The position numbers and the translations under genes were made by a program. 64,000 nt of DNA from Octopus bimaculoides (Eukaryota). Below, piece after piece: positions 32,001 through 44,829 of this stretch; position 1 is the first letter of the stretch; every line of letters begins with the position of its first letter. Location of the stretch: positions 101,479,440 through 101,543,439 of the forward strand of contig NC_068981.1 in NCBI RefSeq assembly GCF_001194135.2, read 5' to 3'. The notes under the pieces were generated by a model. It did no database searches. It was not told where the DNA came from and saw nothing but the letters and a program-made list of their open reading frames with translations.

Positions 32001-35000
32001 AAAGTCAACCTTGGCGACCTTAACAGAAATGTGTTAGCACTCTGTTGCTTACGATGTCGAGGGTTCCAGTTGATCCGATCAACGGAACAGCCTGCTCGTG
32101 AAATTAATGTGTATGTGACTGAGCACTCCACAGACACGTGTACCCTTAACATAGTTCTCGAGGATATTCAGCGTGACATAGTGTGACAAGGCTGACCCTT
32201 TGAATTACAGGCACAACAGAAACAGGAAGTAAGAGTGAGAGAAAGTTGTGGTGAAAGAGTACAGCAGGGTTTGCCACCATCCCCTGCCGGAGCCTCGTGG
32301 AGCTTTAGGTGTTTTCACTCAATAAACACTCACAACGCCCGGTCTGGGAATCGAAACCGCGATCCTATGACTGCGAGTTCGCTGCTCTAACCACTGGGCC
32401 ATTGCGCTTCCATTTAACAGAAATATTACCACCATAAAAAAACAAAACAAAAAAAAAAAACAGAAATATTACTACCATAAAAAACATTACAAGCCAGCTT
32501 GGTGGTTATCCATGTATGCATACACACATATAATACCTGTTTAGATTTTACAATTTTTTTTTCTAGACAACTTAGTCAGAAGTCAAATGGGTCAGCACCC
32601 ATGACCTTTTCTCAGAACCTTTGAGGCTGATAGGAGGAAAGAAGGTAGTTGAACTCAGGCCCGAGACCTGGTCTGAATATTGGCAATAAAGTAGACTTGA
32701 CTAAAGATATTCAAGGACTCTATGGGGGTGTTAAACCAGTTGATGGATTAAGTCTACCACCCCAAAACATGAACAGTGCTTCTGATAGGCTTTCAAACAG
32801 TTTCTGTTCCTCAAATTTCATTCACAAGGCTTTGGTTGACCTGAATCTATGTCAGAAGACATAATGTTGTACAGTCGGATCAAGTTTGGTGGCAATGACA
32901 GTGGCACCACCACCTCCACTACCATTGCAGCAGCAACAACAACAATAACTCCTCCTCTTCAAAGAAAAACCTAAGCAAATTTATTATTATATGAATTGTA
33001 AAACGTAAGTAAAATGATGCTGTACTCACCTTTTTAGTAATTTCTTCACGAACATATTGTCCTTCGAGCTCATCCCAAGCATCTCTCAAATGGTCCTCCA
33101 TTGTTGGGTAGACCAACATTGCATTAGGATGACATACAAAAGGAGTTTGGAATGTAAATAGGTATTCACATGTTCGAGGTTCTGAAACATTTTTTAGCCG
33201 GTGTTCTGGAGCACATTCAAAGACAACCTGGATGTGAGTAAGAATTCCTGTTAATTTAGGTTGGATAATCATTACAGTTTTTGCATCACTTTCTCTGCCA
33301 CAAAAAAAACAAAAAAAACAAACAAACAAAAAACAAAAACAAATTGCTGATTGTTGTCTTTTCAATTTTTAAGGGACTTTAAGACCTCTTTCTTAAATTT
33401 TAAGATGTGATACCTATTGCTGAGGTAGTTAGAATTAAGTGTATAGTTCAGTACATTATAATAAAAAAGAAAAAGAAAAAAAGAAACAGAAAAAAGGAAA
33501 CTTAGTGGAACTGAACTGAATATCACTGGATCTGCTCTATCACTATCTCACCATATGTTGTGAGATTCAATATCCCAAGTTTAGCTTCCTCTTCTGTAGA
33601 CTCCATCCACTTTGATCATTTGACTCTTCTTCACCCAACTATCATGCTTCATATGCATCACATCTCTATGCCAGTCTAGTTTTCACTTTTGGACTCTATA
33701 ACTGATTCCACCAACATCCATGGTCTCTCTCTCTCTCTTTCTCTCTGCTTCCCTGTGTTCCATTATTCATGTATGTTTACATTACACATCCAAAAGAGCA
33801 TGCTTGCTTCCTTTCTTTCTCAACCTTTGTACATTCTCAAACTCAATGTCCATGACTTGCTTGCTACCAAGCAACATTGCACTTTGCACATAAGCATCAT
33901 ATAATTTGCTTTTCATTCAGAGAGAACCCCATTTTTTCCCAACAGAGAAAAAAAAAAGAATCACTATTCATTTGTTTATAGCAATGTTACCAAATTTTAA
34001 TAAAATGAGACTTACTCGTGATGTACGTGAGACAGTTCCACATGCATCGCCTTCCTTTAGTAACATAGCTGTAAATGTATTGTTAGCAATTTCCCAATTC
34101 TGCCATACACTGAAAACACAATACAAGAGGTGTTAAAATTTCATTTGCTGAAACTACAAAACAAGAGATAATTGAACAGCTCAGAATAACACTTGAATGA
34201 ACTCATTCACGATCATATTTCTTATGATATACACTGACTATGTGTTTCAATTAATTTTGAAGACTTTGGACTTATTTAATAATAAAATAATCAAAGTGTT
34301 CATTAATAAACTATTAATTAGAACACAAGTGATAGAAAGGTTTTTTTTACATATAATCTATGTTGGAAGGTTTTATTTTAAATATAAATACTTTAAACCC
34401 TTTAGCATTCAGATTACTCTGTCATATGTAATGCATTTTTATTCACATTGTTTTCAATTAATTCTGCATTATCTTGTAGCTTAGAGAGTTCGATAATGTG
34501 ATTGTTTATTTTAGAATGACATTGTAGGGTAAGAGTGAGAGGCCAGATATAGCCAGTATTGAATATAAAACAAGTAGAATATTTGGGCAGGATGTGTCCA
34601 GTTTAAATGTTAAAAGGTTAAAATAGGTTTGGTATCAGAGAAGCAGGAGTGATCACAAGCAGATTGATATCAGAATGGTTAATGAATAAAGATACTGGCA
34701 AAATATATATTATCATTATGTGAGTTGAGCAGTGAATAAAATACTTTGTGATATTTAGTTGTCTCTAAACATTCTGAGTTCAAATCCAGCTGAAGGCAAC
34801 TTTTACCTTTCATTCTTTGGAGGTTAATAAAATAGTATTACCAATTACAGAGATCGATATAATTGATTATATATTTTCTACAACAACACTTGTACCTGCA
34901 TACCTTTGTTAGAAATCATTATTAGAATTATTACAAGAACTGGGATGGGGAATTGGTTGAATTGTAAGTATGTCAGATAAAATGCCTTAGTGTTCAACAT

Positions 35001-38000
35001 TCTGAGTTCAAATTCCACTGAGGCAAACCTTACCTTTCATCCATCCAACATTTGTGAAGTTCTATCAATCAAATGCTGAGTTTAATGTCATCATCCATAA
35101 CCCACCATCAAAAATTTGTTTCATTGTGCCTAGGTGAGATACTCTAATTAGAATTACTGAATTTTTAGAATTGACCTTGAGACTAAGGAGTTAAATTACA
35201 GACTGCAGTCATGCGCTCAGACATCACCACAAAAGGCTTCTGTCACTGAAGTTGCTGTTTAACCCTGGGTTACTTTCACCCTTTCTCTCATTTTTTATCT
35301 CTCCCTCTCTTGCTCTCTTCCTCTGACTAGGTAACCATGTATCTCCTTTACAACAAGATACTTGTTTCTATCCGTCTGTTACACTCAAACCTCTCATCAC
35401 ATGACACAAGGCCACTTCCTCCAATGCCTTCCCTCTCAAAGGATCATTGTCTTGCAAGTTACTCGGTGACTCCACCAGTGCTGATGCATCCAGTTCATAC
35501 TGTAAAGCGGTTGGTGTTAGGAAGGGCATCCAACAGTAAAAACCCTGCCAAACCAGATAGTGAAGCCTGGTGTAGTCTTCTGCCTAGCCAGCTCCTATCA
35601 AACTGTCCAACCCATGCCAGTATGGAAAACGGATGTCAAATGATGATGATGATCCATGATGGTAAAGATGAGAAAAGTAAACAGACAAGTCACTAGATGC
35701 TGAAACCTGTAAAATTTAGCTGCTATTTCTAACAATTTGAGCAAACCTATATCAGCTCCTTCATTGGCTCAAACTTGTAATAATTGTTTCCATTTAGCCA
35801 CAGGCCAGTGCTTACCACCAGCTCTTTTTGGGAATATCTAAGGACTACAGTGTCTATTGTGCTCTCCTCCTTTCTACTAAAGGCAATAGAGTGTGATTTG
35901 TGAGAGATTTCTAGCAGGATGAATGACTACATAGATGTTTCCTCATTGCCCCATAAACTTATCCTCAGGTCAACTGAGTAGACCTATGGTCAAAAGTCAT
36001 TCCATGCATGACCATCCTATCTTTTTATATATCAGCTACTATAGCATATGATAAATCCTTTCCTCTTTTTTAAGACAGGAAAACAGAAATAGCTAGAAAT
36101 AGCAGGTCTAGCAACTATGCAGAGGCTACATTATTTGACTAAACAGATTTCTTTTTAGACATCATTGCCAAGTGTCCTAGACTCATAGGGCTGGTTATCC
36201 AGTTTTTATGGCATATAAGTGGCTGAGATCACAACATTCCCCCTGAATGGGATGCCAGTCTGCCACAGGGTTACTCACTTTAGGGCAAATGGACTACAGC
36301 AACATGAAATGAAGTGTTTTGTTCAAGAACACAAAGTTGCCTGGTCTAGGAATTGAAACCACGATCATGCGATTGTGAGTGCAACACCTTACCATAGCCT
36401 TCATGAATAAATAGGTTGTACTTCTGTATTTGAAATTAAATGATTAAAAGCATTCATCATCATCATCACCATCATTTAACATCTGTTTTCCAAGCTGGCA
36501 TAAGTTGAACAAGAGCTGGGCAGCTGTCTAGGCTCTAATTGTCTGTTTTGACATGGTTTCTTTGATTAGATGCCCTTCCTAAAACCAACCACTTTACAGA
36601 GTCTGCTGGGTGCTTTTTATGTGCCATCGACATTCTACATAAAAAAAATTCCTGAATAGTATGCAGATATCTAGATTTATGAAAACCATTCTATTGAAGA
36701 TAGTACAGAATATAAAGTGGTTCCTGGCAATGAAAATAACATTGTATATCCTTTTGTTTATACAGTACTAATATTGAGCCACCCTATTAGGTGGTTATTC
36801 TAAAAACTATAACAATTTATCATTTGTATGATACTTAAAAACAAACTTAAGTTAAAAATTCATTGAATGATCTAGATATATTTTAAATATTAAGATTTAT
36901 GTTTCTAATTTGTTATTCTGTAATTTTCAAAATGCTATTTCAATTTCAATGCAATCAAAAATGACTGTCAGAATTTGGCATATTTTAGAATGAGCCTCAA
37001 TATGTAGAATTTAATGTTGTTGCTGCTTACTTCCATTCATCATTAAGATCGAGACATTCCAGCCTTGACTACCTTGTTTTATTTCTTGGCATAAGACATC
37101 CAAGACTACATTATTCAATGCATATTTATTTTTTAAGACATTATGGTGTGAGTTGAAAAAGATCTGGCTGCTACTTTTAGCAAGTCAAATGACCATATAC
37201 AAGCTCCCTCAGTGACTAATACAAAATTTATTTTAGTCTGTGATCATATCCAATCACTGACAAAGTGATCACAAGCAATTGTTGTTGTTTTCCCTATGCT
37301 CATCATAGGATTTGAGTTTAGCATGTAACAATAATGAAATATTGATTATATAACAGTGATCTATAAATTTCCCATACAGTACAGCTATTTACATCTAGCT
37401 GAATTAGGCTATTGATAGATATAAGTCATCATCAGGGAATACTGTGCACTGTCAGGAACAGGATATAAACTAATGATTCTTTAGCCAACAAATCAGCACT
37501 TGCTCTCTCCACACACACACACACACAGTATAGTCTTAATATAGGGTGATGTTATCATGGAAAATCTAATCACAGTTCTTCCTTAGGAACAAAGACTATT
37601 TATGTTTTAGAAGCTCAGGGTAAGTTGACCAAATCTATCGCAATGTTTTTGGTGCATTTTTATTGACTTTTAGATGGATGAAATGCAAAGTGGACAGCAG
37701 TATTTGACTTCAAAACAAAATATAAGAATGTAACTAAGGGCTGTAATTCATTTGATCCAGCACTCTAATCCCTTTGTTAATTCCATACCATTTTATTAAA
37801 GAAAATTTGATATTATAAGGATTTTAGTATTTCATATTCCTTATTTCTTTTTTCACAGTTAAGTTTTAATAATTGATTGCCTTGATTCACTTCAAACTGA
37901 TCATTAATGACTAACAAAAACAAAAGAGAAATCCATAGTTTTCATATGAGATATATTGGCTGTTTATATAATGTGCTGGACTTGTGGATTATTGATTCAT

Positions 38001-41000
38001 ATCCTGCTGCATGTATCTGCAGTGTCCTGAGGACAGGCACTTAATGAAAATGGAGATGTTGGCGCTGATTTACAGAATATTACACAGCACTCATTGGAGA
38101 TGATTTGTCATAAACAACTTATATATAAGTTTATAAAGAGGTTAGTGATAATGATGAATTGACAAAATATTGATTTTTAGTGCCAAGTAATGAGTAGAAA
38201 TTTGAGCTAGAGCATTGATAAGGTGTATAGATTTTTTTTAACAACTTACCCGAGTATACCATTGTAAGGATTCCATCTCAGAGAAAGTTCATGCTGAGTT
38301 ATATTGAAGAAAGGGCAGAATTTATACTGGTACCTGATATAAAATTTATTAAAAATATATATTGAAACTTATTTATGCATGCATGCACACACATACATAC
38401 ATATATATACAAAATACTGCTGGATTGAATGGTACTGCCCAGGTGTCGAAACCATAATGACATCCATGGGGCAGCTGATGATGGAGGTATGCTGGATTGT
38501 TGGTATGGCTGCAGAATAGTATTATAACACATCCTTTTGATATAATACACACACATGTATATATATATATATGGAGGCTGGTGTTGCCATCCGGTTTCAC
38601 CAGTCTTCAGTCAAATCGTCCAACCCATGCTAGCATGGAAAGCGGACGTTAAACGATGATGATGATGATGATATTTATGGAAAAAAATTATGTTTTTTTT
38701 TCCTTATGAGGTTTTTTCATGCTGACTACTTGATAAATTCTTATAAAGGTTTTATCCTTACATTATATACATATATATATATAATATACACACACATATA
38801 TGTATGTCATCATCATCATGGAGTTGATGCAAGCATCTGGTGGGTCAAATCTGTTATAGTTTTGATTTACTGTTGTATTGTTAGACTTCTTTTCTTATAT
38901 GTTGTACCTTTGTGACTATAGACAGTATACTGGATAAGGATATACTTTGGTTTTGTTAGCTGAGAAGTCACTGGATAATATGAAATTGAATGTCTTTAGT
39001 GAAGATCTTATAACTCAAAAAGAACTCCAGCTTTTTTGAATTTACAAAGCTTAAGTTTGATGTGTTACATTACTGATCATATATAAGTATTCTGTTACAG
39101 TTTCATGTAACACAAAGACACACGACTCAACAAAGGAGCTTCAAAGTGGTCACTCAAGCTTTTAGAAATGGCATTCAAATCTTCCTCAAATCACTCCTTA
39201 ATATTTTAAAGCAGGAAATGATAGAATGATAAGCTGGAATGCCTTTGATAATAGATTTGCTCAATGTGGACTGGAATTAAACAACAAAACAGCAACTTAC
39301 AGATAGTGTTTTATTCTATGTCTTCAAAGTATTTTTTTCCCATCTTTCAGTTCAACAAGACCAATAGAGAGAGAGTGGTCCTTTGCATTCATTTAATTGC
39401 AGCCCAGATAATTTTGCTTGATTCATGTTTCAAATACATTTTACTTCTACTGATGGGTTAGTATTATAAGGAATAAGTAACAAGGTGTATAAAGAATTGT
39501 ATTCTAAAAGTAAGAAATATCCTACTTATGCTTGCATAGGATTAAAAAAAAAATGGAAATAAAATTATAAAATGATGAACTTACATATTATCAGATTTAT
39601 TGAAACATTTGCCAATGAGGGACCTAAAATGGGGAGGTCCACTGAAGTTGGCAGGATTTATTTGCATAACCAGAGGTTTGTCTTCCTCATTATGACTCCT
39701 GTAAATGAAAATACAATAAATAATTAAATGAATAGCTCAAATATAATAAAATAAACAATTAAATGAATAGCTCAAATATAATAATTTCTTCTTTACCCAA
39801 TATCTTTTCCACATCACATTGTTACTTCTCCCCCAGTCTCCAGATTCACTCTTGTTGCTATTTCAACCCTTCCCTCCCTCTCTGTTTGGTCTTTTTCCAT
39901 TATTTCACCACTGACATTGATTATTGGTGTACATATCAATGAGGTGGCAGTGGGAGGCTCTATATCATTGCATGACCTGCTAGAAATAGCAGCCACATAA
40001 CCCTAAAATCTCCCACCCTCACCCCAGTGTCATAAAAATGGAAAAATTAGATAATATAATCCTAGTTATCTTTAAAAATATGATGGTCATGGCTGGAATG
40101 CCTTTGATCATAGATCTATTTGCTTAGGGCTGACCTAGGACAAAACTTTTTAGTCTTTATTTTGTCTCCATTTCTTTTAACCAGTCCACTTATACTTACT
40201 CTTCAAATCATCACAGGAAGTTTGTATCATAGAATCAAGGGCAGTCTAAGCCAGTTTGGTACCAAAAGAGATAAAGAGTAGACTACAAAATACTCTAGTA
40301 AACAGTAGAATCCATAGAAACAAATGGTTTACAGCAGCAGTTAATGAGTATAAGCAGTTAAAAAATGGAATACAATGGTTTGCCCAAACCAATTTATTCT
40401 ACTTTTGAGCTGCTATACATAATACTATACTCACCATAAACCTGAAGGTTCTTCCAGAAGTTTTACATCAAAGGTTTTTCCATCTGCGGGGGATAAAAAA
40501 AAAAAAGTAACTTATTGGTAATACATCCCATCTTAAGTGTTGTCTGATTGTATTTGTATTATTTGTATGCATAGCTTGCTCTTAGACATGGAATCAAATA
40601 TAAGTAGAGATTTCAAAGAATTTTTCTGAGGAAAATTAACTGGAGGAGATATAAGATATATAACTGAAGGATATCTAAGTGGTTTGTAACTGTTTTCCAT
40701 AATCAGTACAGATTAGTTTCGGGGAAGGTGAAAAGGTCTGGTGAATAAGGTATTACATAATTTTGGCAATCGAAACAAAATTCTTGTATATTGCATGTGT
40801 TGTGATGTGGAACCTTTAAGAATTTCTTCATAAGAAAGAGGTATGTTGCCCTTCTTGTTGGGTGTCATTAATACTATCAGCATTGATAAATATAGTAGAA
40901 GTGCATCTAGAGAGAAGAGGTAAACAACTAGCAGATGTTAAAGAGGATTGTGCCTCTGCATAGAGCTTTTAAAAAGTGGTGCTTTGCTCTGGTTTTATGA

Positions 41001-42689
41001 CTTTACAAGGATAAGACATTAGTCTCTCTTCAATGAAACTGTTACAGAATCTGATATCTAGGTGAACAAAAGACATCTAGAAATAAGTGTATGTCTCACA
41101 AGAATGGCAGTATGGCAGCTACCAGCCAGGCTACATTCACTTCTGGGGATATTTCCTCTACCCAAACCCTGGAAGCATGCTTCCCAAGGTATACGGGTAG
41201 AAGCACCACTTCGTCTGTTCTCAAGTGTAGCTGAGTGCAGCCTGGTGGTAGCTACCTCCCGGAACTGCAACTCCACTGTTCCAAACTTTTTTCCTCTGGC
41301 AAGGAAGGAAATCCCTTGCCAGATGACAAGCTGACTTGGGGCTAAAAATAATTTATCCTGTTGTTCTTTAATATATTGTATTCCTTTATTACTAATTATG
41401 ATTGTGGCCACTCATTAGCAATGTAATCTCCTTCTGATACAATGTGATTATTGTTGTGGTGTAAATGAAGTTCTTTTCAATAAAGAATTCCAATTCTCAT
41501 TTAATTAGCATTGTTCTTTAAACGATAATTACTAAGTAAATAAAGTTAGGTTCAGTAGATTTGTTGAAATGGTTATTTACTTCTAATTATTTCTTTCAGA
41601 AAAGGAAACAAGTAGAAATTACAATTGAAATAAAAAAAAAAACAATTTTCTAATTAAAAACTATTTTTATGAGTATATAATCTAAATCAGGCAGTAGATG
41701 ATAATTAAGGTTGCAATTACACTTAGTATATGACGGAAGTAAGCACGCGATGAGAGCCTCTACGTGGTAGTTCGAGATTCTTATTAATAGCAGCTATATA
41801 AATGTACAAACTATATACCCTACCTGATAAAAAAAGGGGAGGGGGGTAACTTGGGAAACGTAGTCCCCCACCACACAAACACGAAATGGAATGCCATTGA
41901 TCATAGATTTACTGATTAACGTGGTCTCTGATCAGTAGATCTAAGATCTCATAACAATAAGTGAAGAGTACAAACGTGTTGTTTTTGTTGTTGGCACTCC
42001 GTCGCTTACGACGTCGAGGGTTCCACTCGATCCGATCAACGGAACAGCCTGCTCGTGAAATTAACGTGCAAGTGGCTGAGCACTCCACAGACACGTGTAC
42101 CCTTAACGCAGTTCTCGGCGATGTTCAGCGTGACAAGGCTGGCCCTTTGAAATACAGGCACAACAGAAACAGGAAATAAGAGTGAGAGAAAGTTGTGGTG
42201 GAAGAGTACAGCAGGGTTCGCCACCATCCCCTGCCGGAGCGTCGTGGAGCTTTAGGTGTTTTCGCTCAATAAACACTCACAACGCCCGCTCTGGGAATCG
42301 AAACCGCGATCCTATGACCGCGAGTTCGCTGTCCTAACCACTGGGCGATTGCGCCTCCACTAGTACGAACATGAATGATGAGAAATCCTTCATAAACGGA
42401 AACCAGAATAATTATATGTCGTATCGAAGAAATGAACAATAATAAATATTCCAATTTGTATATCTAAAAATTATTTTGAAGAATAAAACCTGTAATTATA
42501 TAATATAGTTATATTTAACAATGGTAGTATTGCTTGATTCAATATACTGGTAACAGACTGTCTTTTTGTGAGTTAGTCTCGCCCCCTATTAAAAGAACAG
42601 TCCAGTGGAGTTGCTGCTGTATTGGATCAAACAATACTATCTTTGTTACATACATTATATCACTACAGATTTGATGCATAGAAAATATG

Positions 42690-42733
<44 letters not shown>

Positions 42734-42925
42734 AAACATTTTAGTCTCTTAGAAAGTTTAATGACGTTCGTCTACGTTTCTCATACGTGTTTGTGACATG
42801 AAGGATCGCCGAAAATGTATAGTATAAACAATAAGTTGCATTATTAATGTCGACATACCACAGCAATTTAAGTAGACAAGCAAAACACATGATAAAGTGA
42901 GGAACAAAGCTCCATAGGTTTTCAT
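27960..42925 (-). CDS. GNPTG: N-acetylglucosamine-1-phosphotransferase subunit gamma (MRH domain); exons 42925-42859, 40483-40435, 39698-39585, 38333-38250, 34109-34016, 33227-33030, 30805-30653, 28088-(28019 or 27960)
   Basis: Signal peptide [22 protein letters not shown], then [101 protein letters not shown] and [16 protein letters not shown], all collinear with human GNPTG. All phases join (888 nt, 295 aa if read to TGA at 27960). The 3' end is ambiguous. Confidence 0.92.
28141..28358 (+). mobile_element. SINE family B
   Basis: gagctggcagaa..ttagcacgcc..ttctgagttcaaatt..gtcgactttgcctttcatcc core shared with 49867 and 55232 and many fragments. Confidence 0.7.
28825..28980 (+). mobile_element. 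tRNA-derived SINE family D with CORE-like segment
   Basis: ggctgtgtggtaag...ggttcagtcccact..ggcaccttgggcaagtgtcttctactatagcc; related copies near 1190-1510 (+), 4540-4700 (-) and 17560 (+). Confidence 0.7.
29406..30203. mobile_element. ~800-bp foldback MITE with ~350-bp inverted arms, TA-flanked
   Basis: tggtcTAGGGAATACTTCAATTTATTTACGGGTAG...CTACCCGTAAATAAATTGAAGTATTCCCTAgacca; arms stay complementary to ~29760/29857. Confidence 0.88.
30324..30622. mobile_element. hAT-type MITE with perfect 8-bp TSD
   Basis: ggttaaac|CAGGGCTGGCCAACC...GGTGGCCAGGCCTG|ggttaaac. Confidence 0.85.
30653..30805 (-). CDS. GNPTG: GNPTG exon 7
   Basis: 153 nt; [17 protein letters not shown]...FTSLEQCTA; tttccag|...|gtaagt. 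Confidence 0.88.
32031..32413 (-). mobile_element. Full-length tRNA-derived SINE family A
   Basis: Reverse complement of the 61141 copy; TSD ttaacagaaat at 32020-32030 and 32414-32424. Confidence 0.88.
33030..33227 (-). CDS. GNPTG: GNPTG exon 6
   Basis: 198 nt; [66 protein letters not shown]; |gtgagt. Confidence 0.93.
34016..34109 (-). CDS. GNPTG: GNPTG exon 5
   Basis: 94 nt; [31 protein letters not shown]; tttcag|...|gtaagt. Confidence 0.93.
36225..36400 (-). mobile_element. SINE: CORE-like body joined to the gactggcatccc tail
   Basis: Minus strand: ggtttcaattcc...ttgtgttcttgaacaaaacacttcatttc...gactggcatcccattcagggg. Confidence 0.55.
38250..38333 (-). CDS. GNPTG: GNPTG exon 4
   Basis: 84 nt; [28 protein letters not shown]; tatcag|...|gtaagt. 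Confidence 0.93.
39585..39698 (-). CDS. GNPTG: GNPTG exon 3
   Basis: catttacag|...[37 protein letters not shown]...|gtaagt. Confidence 0.9.
39950..40145 (+). repeat. Abundant unclassified short interspersed repeat (>10 degenerate copies in the window)
   Basis: gacctgctagaaatagcagcc...ggtcatggctggaatgcctttgatcatag...gctgacct motif also near 18090, 25110, 31550, 35880, 39130, 51430, 53490, 55760 and 61550. Confidence 0.65.
40435..40483 (-). CDS. GNPTG: GNPTG exon 2
   Basis: cccgcag|AT GGA AAA ACC...TTA TG|gtgag; [17 protein letters not shown]. Confidence 0.85.
41060..41345 (-). mobile_element. Possible L1/Tx1 ORF1 fragment
   Basis: Minus translation [35 protein letters not shown]; GC-richer than flanks; assignment from memory only. 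Confidence 0.35.
41979..42361 (-). mobile_element. Full-length tRNA-derived SINE family A in GNPTG intron 1
   Basis: Head ggaggcgcaatcgcccagtggttagg, (AAC)n tail; degenerate TSD agtacaaacgtg / agtacgaacatg. Confidence 0.88.
42859..42925 (-). CDS. GNPTG: GNPTG exon 1 (signal peptide)
   Basis: ATG AAA ACC TAT...TGC TGT G|gtatgt; phase 1. Confidence 0.82.
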
Positions 42926-43678
42926 TGTATTTGTTTACGTTACACGACAACGTCAAACAAACATCTCTTCTTCTCTCGGTTTTACGGTGTTGTACGAATT
43001 AATCTCTTCTGCATATTCGGTCATCGCTGACAACGTAGCTGTCTCCGGAATGCAGGCATGGGCAAATCTTAGAAAAAAAAAATGATAAATAAGGACGTAA
43101 GACCACCAATTGCTATAAAGTATGTGTTTCCTCTCCACATCCTGCGATGTTATCCAAAGGAAATGTAAGGGTCGATACTGCTTGGAATAATTGCAGGCGA
43201 ACTCAGAACGTAAAGATTCGGAACAGATAGTGAGAAGTAGTCGTTCACCACTGTAACAATTCTTTCAATCGCCACCGTTGTGGACTAGGGCTTCGCTTCC
43301 TCGATTTCAGAAGGACAAAAGGCAAAGGTGTATTCGATTGGTTCTGAACTCAGAACGTAAAGAGCTGGGACAAATATAGCAAAGAATTTTGTCGTACGCT
43401 TACCTACCATCTGTTTCCCGTATGTAAGTATGTGTGTGTTCGTGTAAAAGGGATCCCCTGGGTATAAACTGTATTTTAAGGTTTCCTCAAAAGTCAAAAG
43501 GTTGGAGAACGCTGGTCTAGAGCATTAAACAACACTGAAACAAGATACTCCAACACTGAAAGGGAAACCTAGGCAATTGTGTGCATTTTCTGCATGACCG
43601 AAAAATTTAAATCGTGGTCTCAGATGTGGATTATCGAAAGTATCATCTGCATGTAGTTTGAGATACAGGTCACAAATA

Positions 43679-44676
43679 CAGTAGTTTTTGAGAACATAAG
43701 ACCGGTGTATAAGATGCGCCGATGTATAAGACGCACCCTTATTTTAGAAACAAAGTTTTGGAGGTAAAAAAAAAAAAAAAAGCTACGACCATATTTGAAA
43801 GGTTTTTCAGGAACAAAAATTCAGCCCGATACTTTAACGATTAGTGTACATTGTTCTAAGCACAAAAATGCTCAAAATAAGAAACTATCATAAATTAAAA
43901 AACACGCACACACACAAAAAGAAAACGATATAGGAAAGTTGGTTATACATCATTAAATGTATACCTGACTTTCCTATATAAAATTAAGTAATATAAACGG
44001 AACGCTGAACTCCAGACTATCAACTTAAACAACACTTTATTTAGGTGGTAAATATATACATCTTTAGTTCTTGTTGTTACAGCTTCTGTGTGTATGAGCA
44101 TAGTTGTTGGGACGTGGGTATGTAGTTGCAAGTGAGCTGTCGAGTGTAAGTCCGAAAGATGTAGAGAGACAACTTAACACGTCCATGCTCATGGTCGGCC
44201 GACCGTAAAAGAGATAGAATTAAGCGGGAACGCTTGCTTGTTTAATTCCACGCATGCGTGAGACTACGCATGCGCACGGCGTTACTACAACGAGAAGAAA
44301 AAAGGTTTACTGTTATTTAGGTTGAGGCAAAATCTACAAGATCCTCATTGCTTTCACTTTCGCTTGATAAAGAATCAGATATTTCATCATTGGATCCAAT
44401 ATTATGATAAAAGAGAATGTCATCCTCAGTCTCATCTATTGCCTTACGAATACCATATATCTTAAACGACTTAATCGCTATATCACTTCTTGTTTTTCCC
44501 CACGAATTGTTCGTCCACATGCACACCAGAACAAGCATCAGTTTTTTCCTTGAAAATCTTCCCGCTGTATCCAGTTGTTCTATTTCTCTCTCGTTAGTCT
44601 TAAAGGGTTTGTTAATAGAAACATCGAGAGATTGCAGTTGACTTGTTAAACCATCGGATATAATAACCAGTACTGA
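43679..44676 (-). mobile_element. pogo/Tigger-type DDE transposon 3' remnant
   Basis: Open frame 44676-44317 SVLVIISDGLTSQLQSLDVSINKPFK...IKSFKIYGIRKAIDETEDDIL matches the pogo IPGGLTSQLQPLDV and SFKKCGISNA.DG.EDD motifs. TA|CAGTAG end with tataagacgcacc subterminal repeats at 43679-43740. Confidence 0.8.
44250..44276. promoter_or_regulatory. Two NRF1-like GCATGC palindromes
   Basis: ACGCATGCGT (44250-44259) and ACGCATGCGCA (44266-44276) in a CpG-rich patch of the divergent intergenic region; function unproven. Confidence 0.3.
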
Positions 44677-44829
44677 TTTTTAAACTCAGTTTTTCCGTTT
44701 ATTAAACCTCCCACCTCCCACCGTTTCAACCCAGACAAGGAGAGAAGGCTTTTAAAATAAATCCCTTAGACGTTTTGATAAAATGTTTTCAAACCAAAGT
44801 GGTATTCAGTCTTCATCCAACCTTCCTTT

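Noticed and set aside
38415-38520. GC-richer patch in GNPTG intron 3 as an extra exon
   Set aside because: No strong donor; flanking exons already join in frame and match human continuously.
42953-43138. 61-aa upstream ORF ending 28 nt before the GNPTG ATG
   Set aside because: The TSS is unknown and there is no homology; ORFs of this size are expected by chance.
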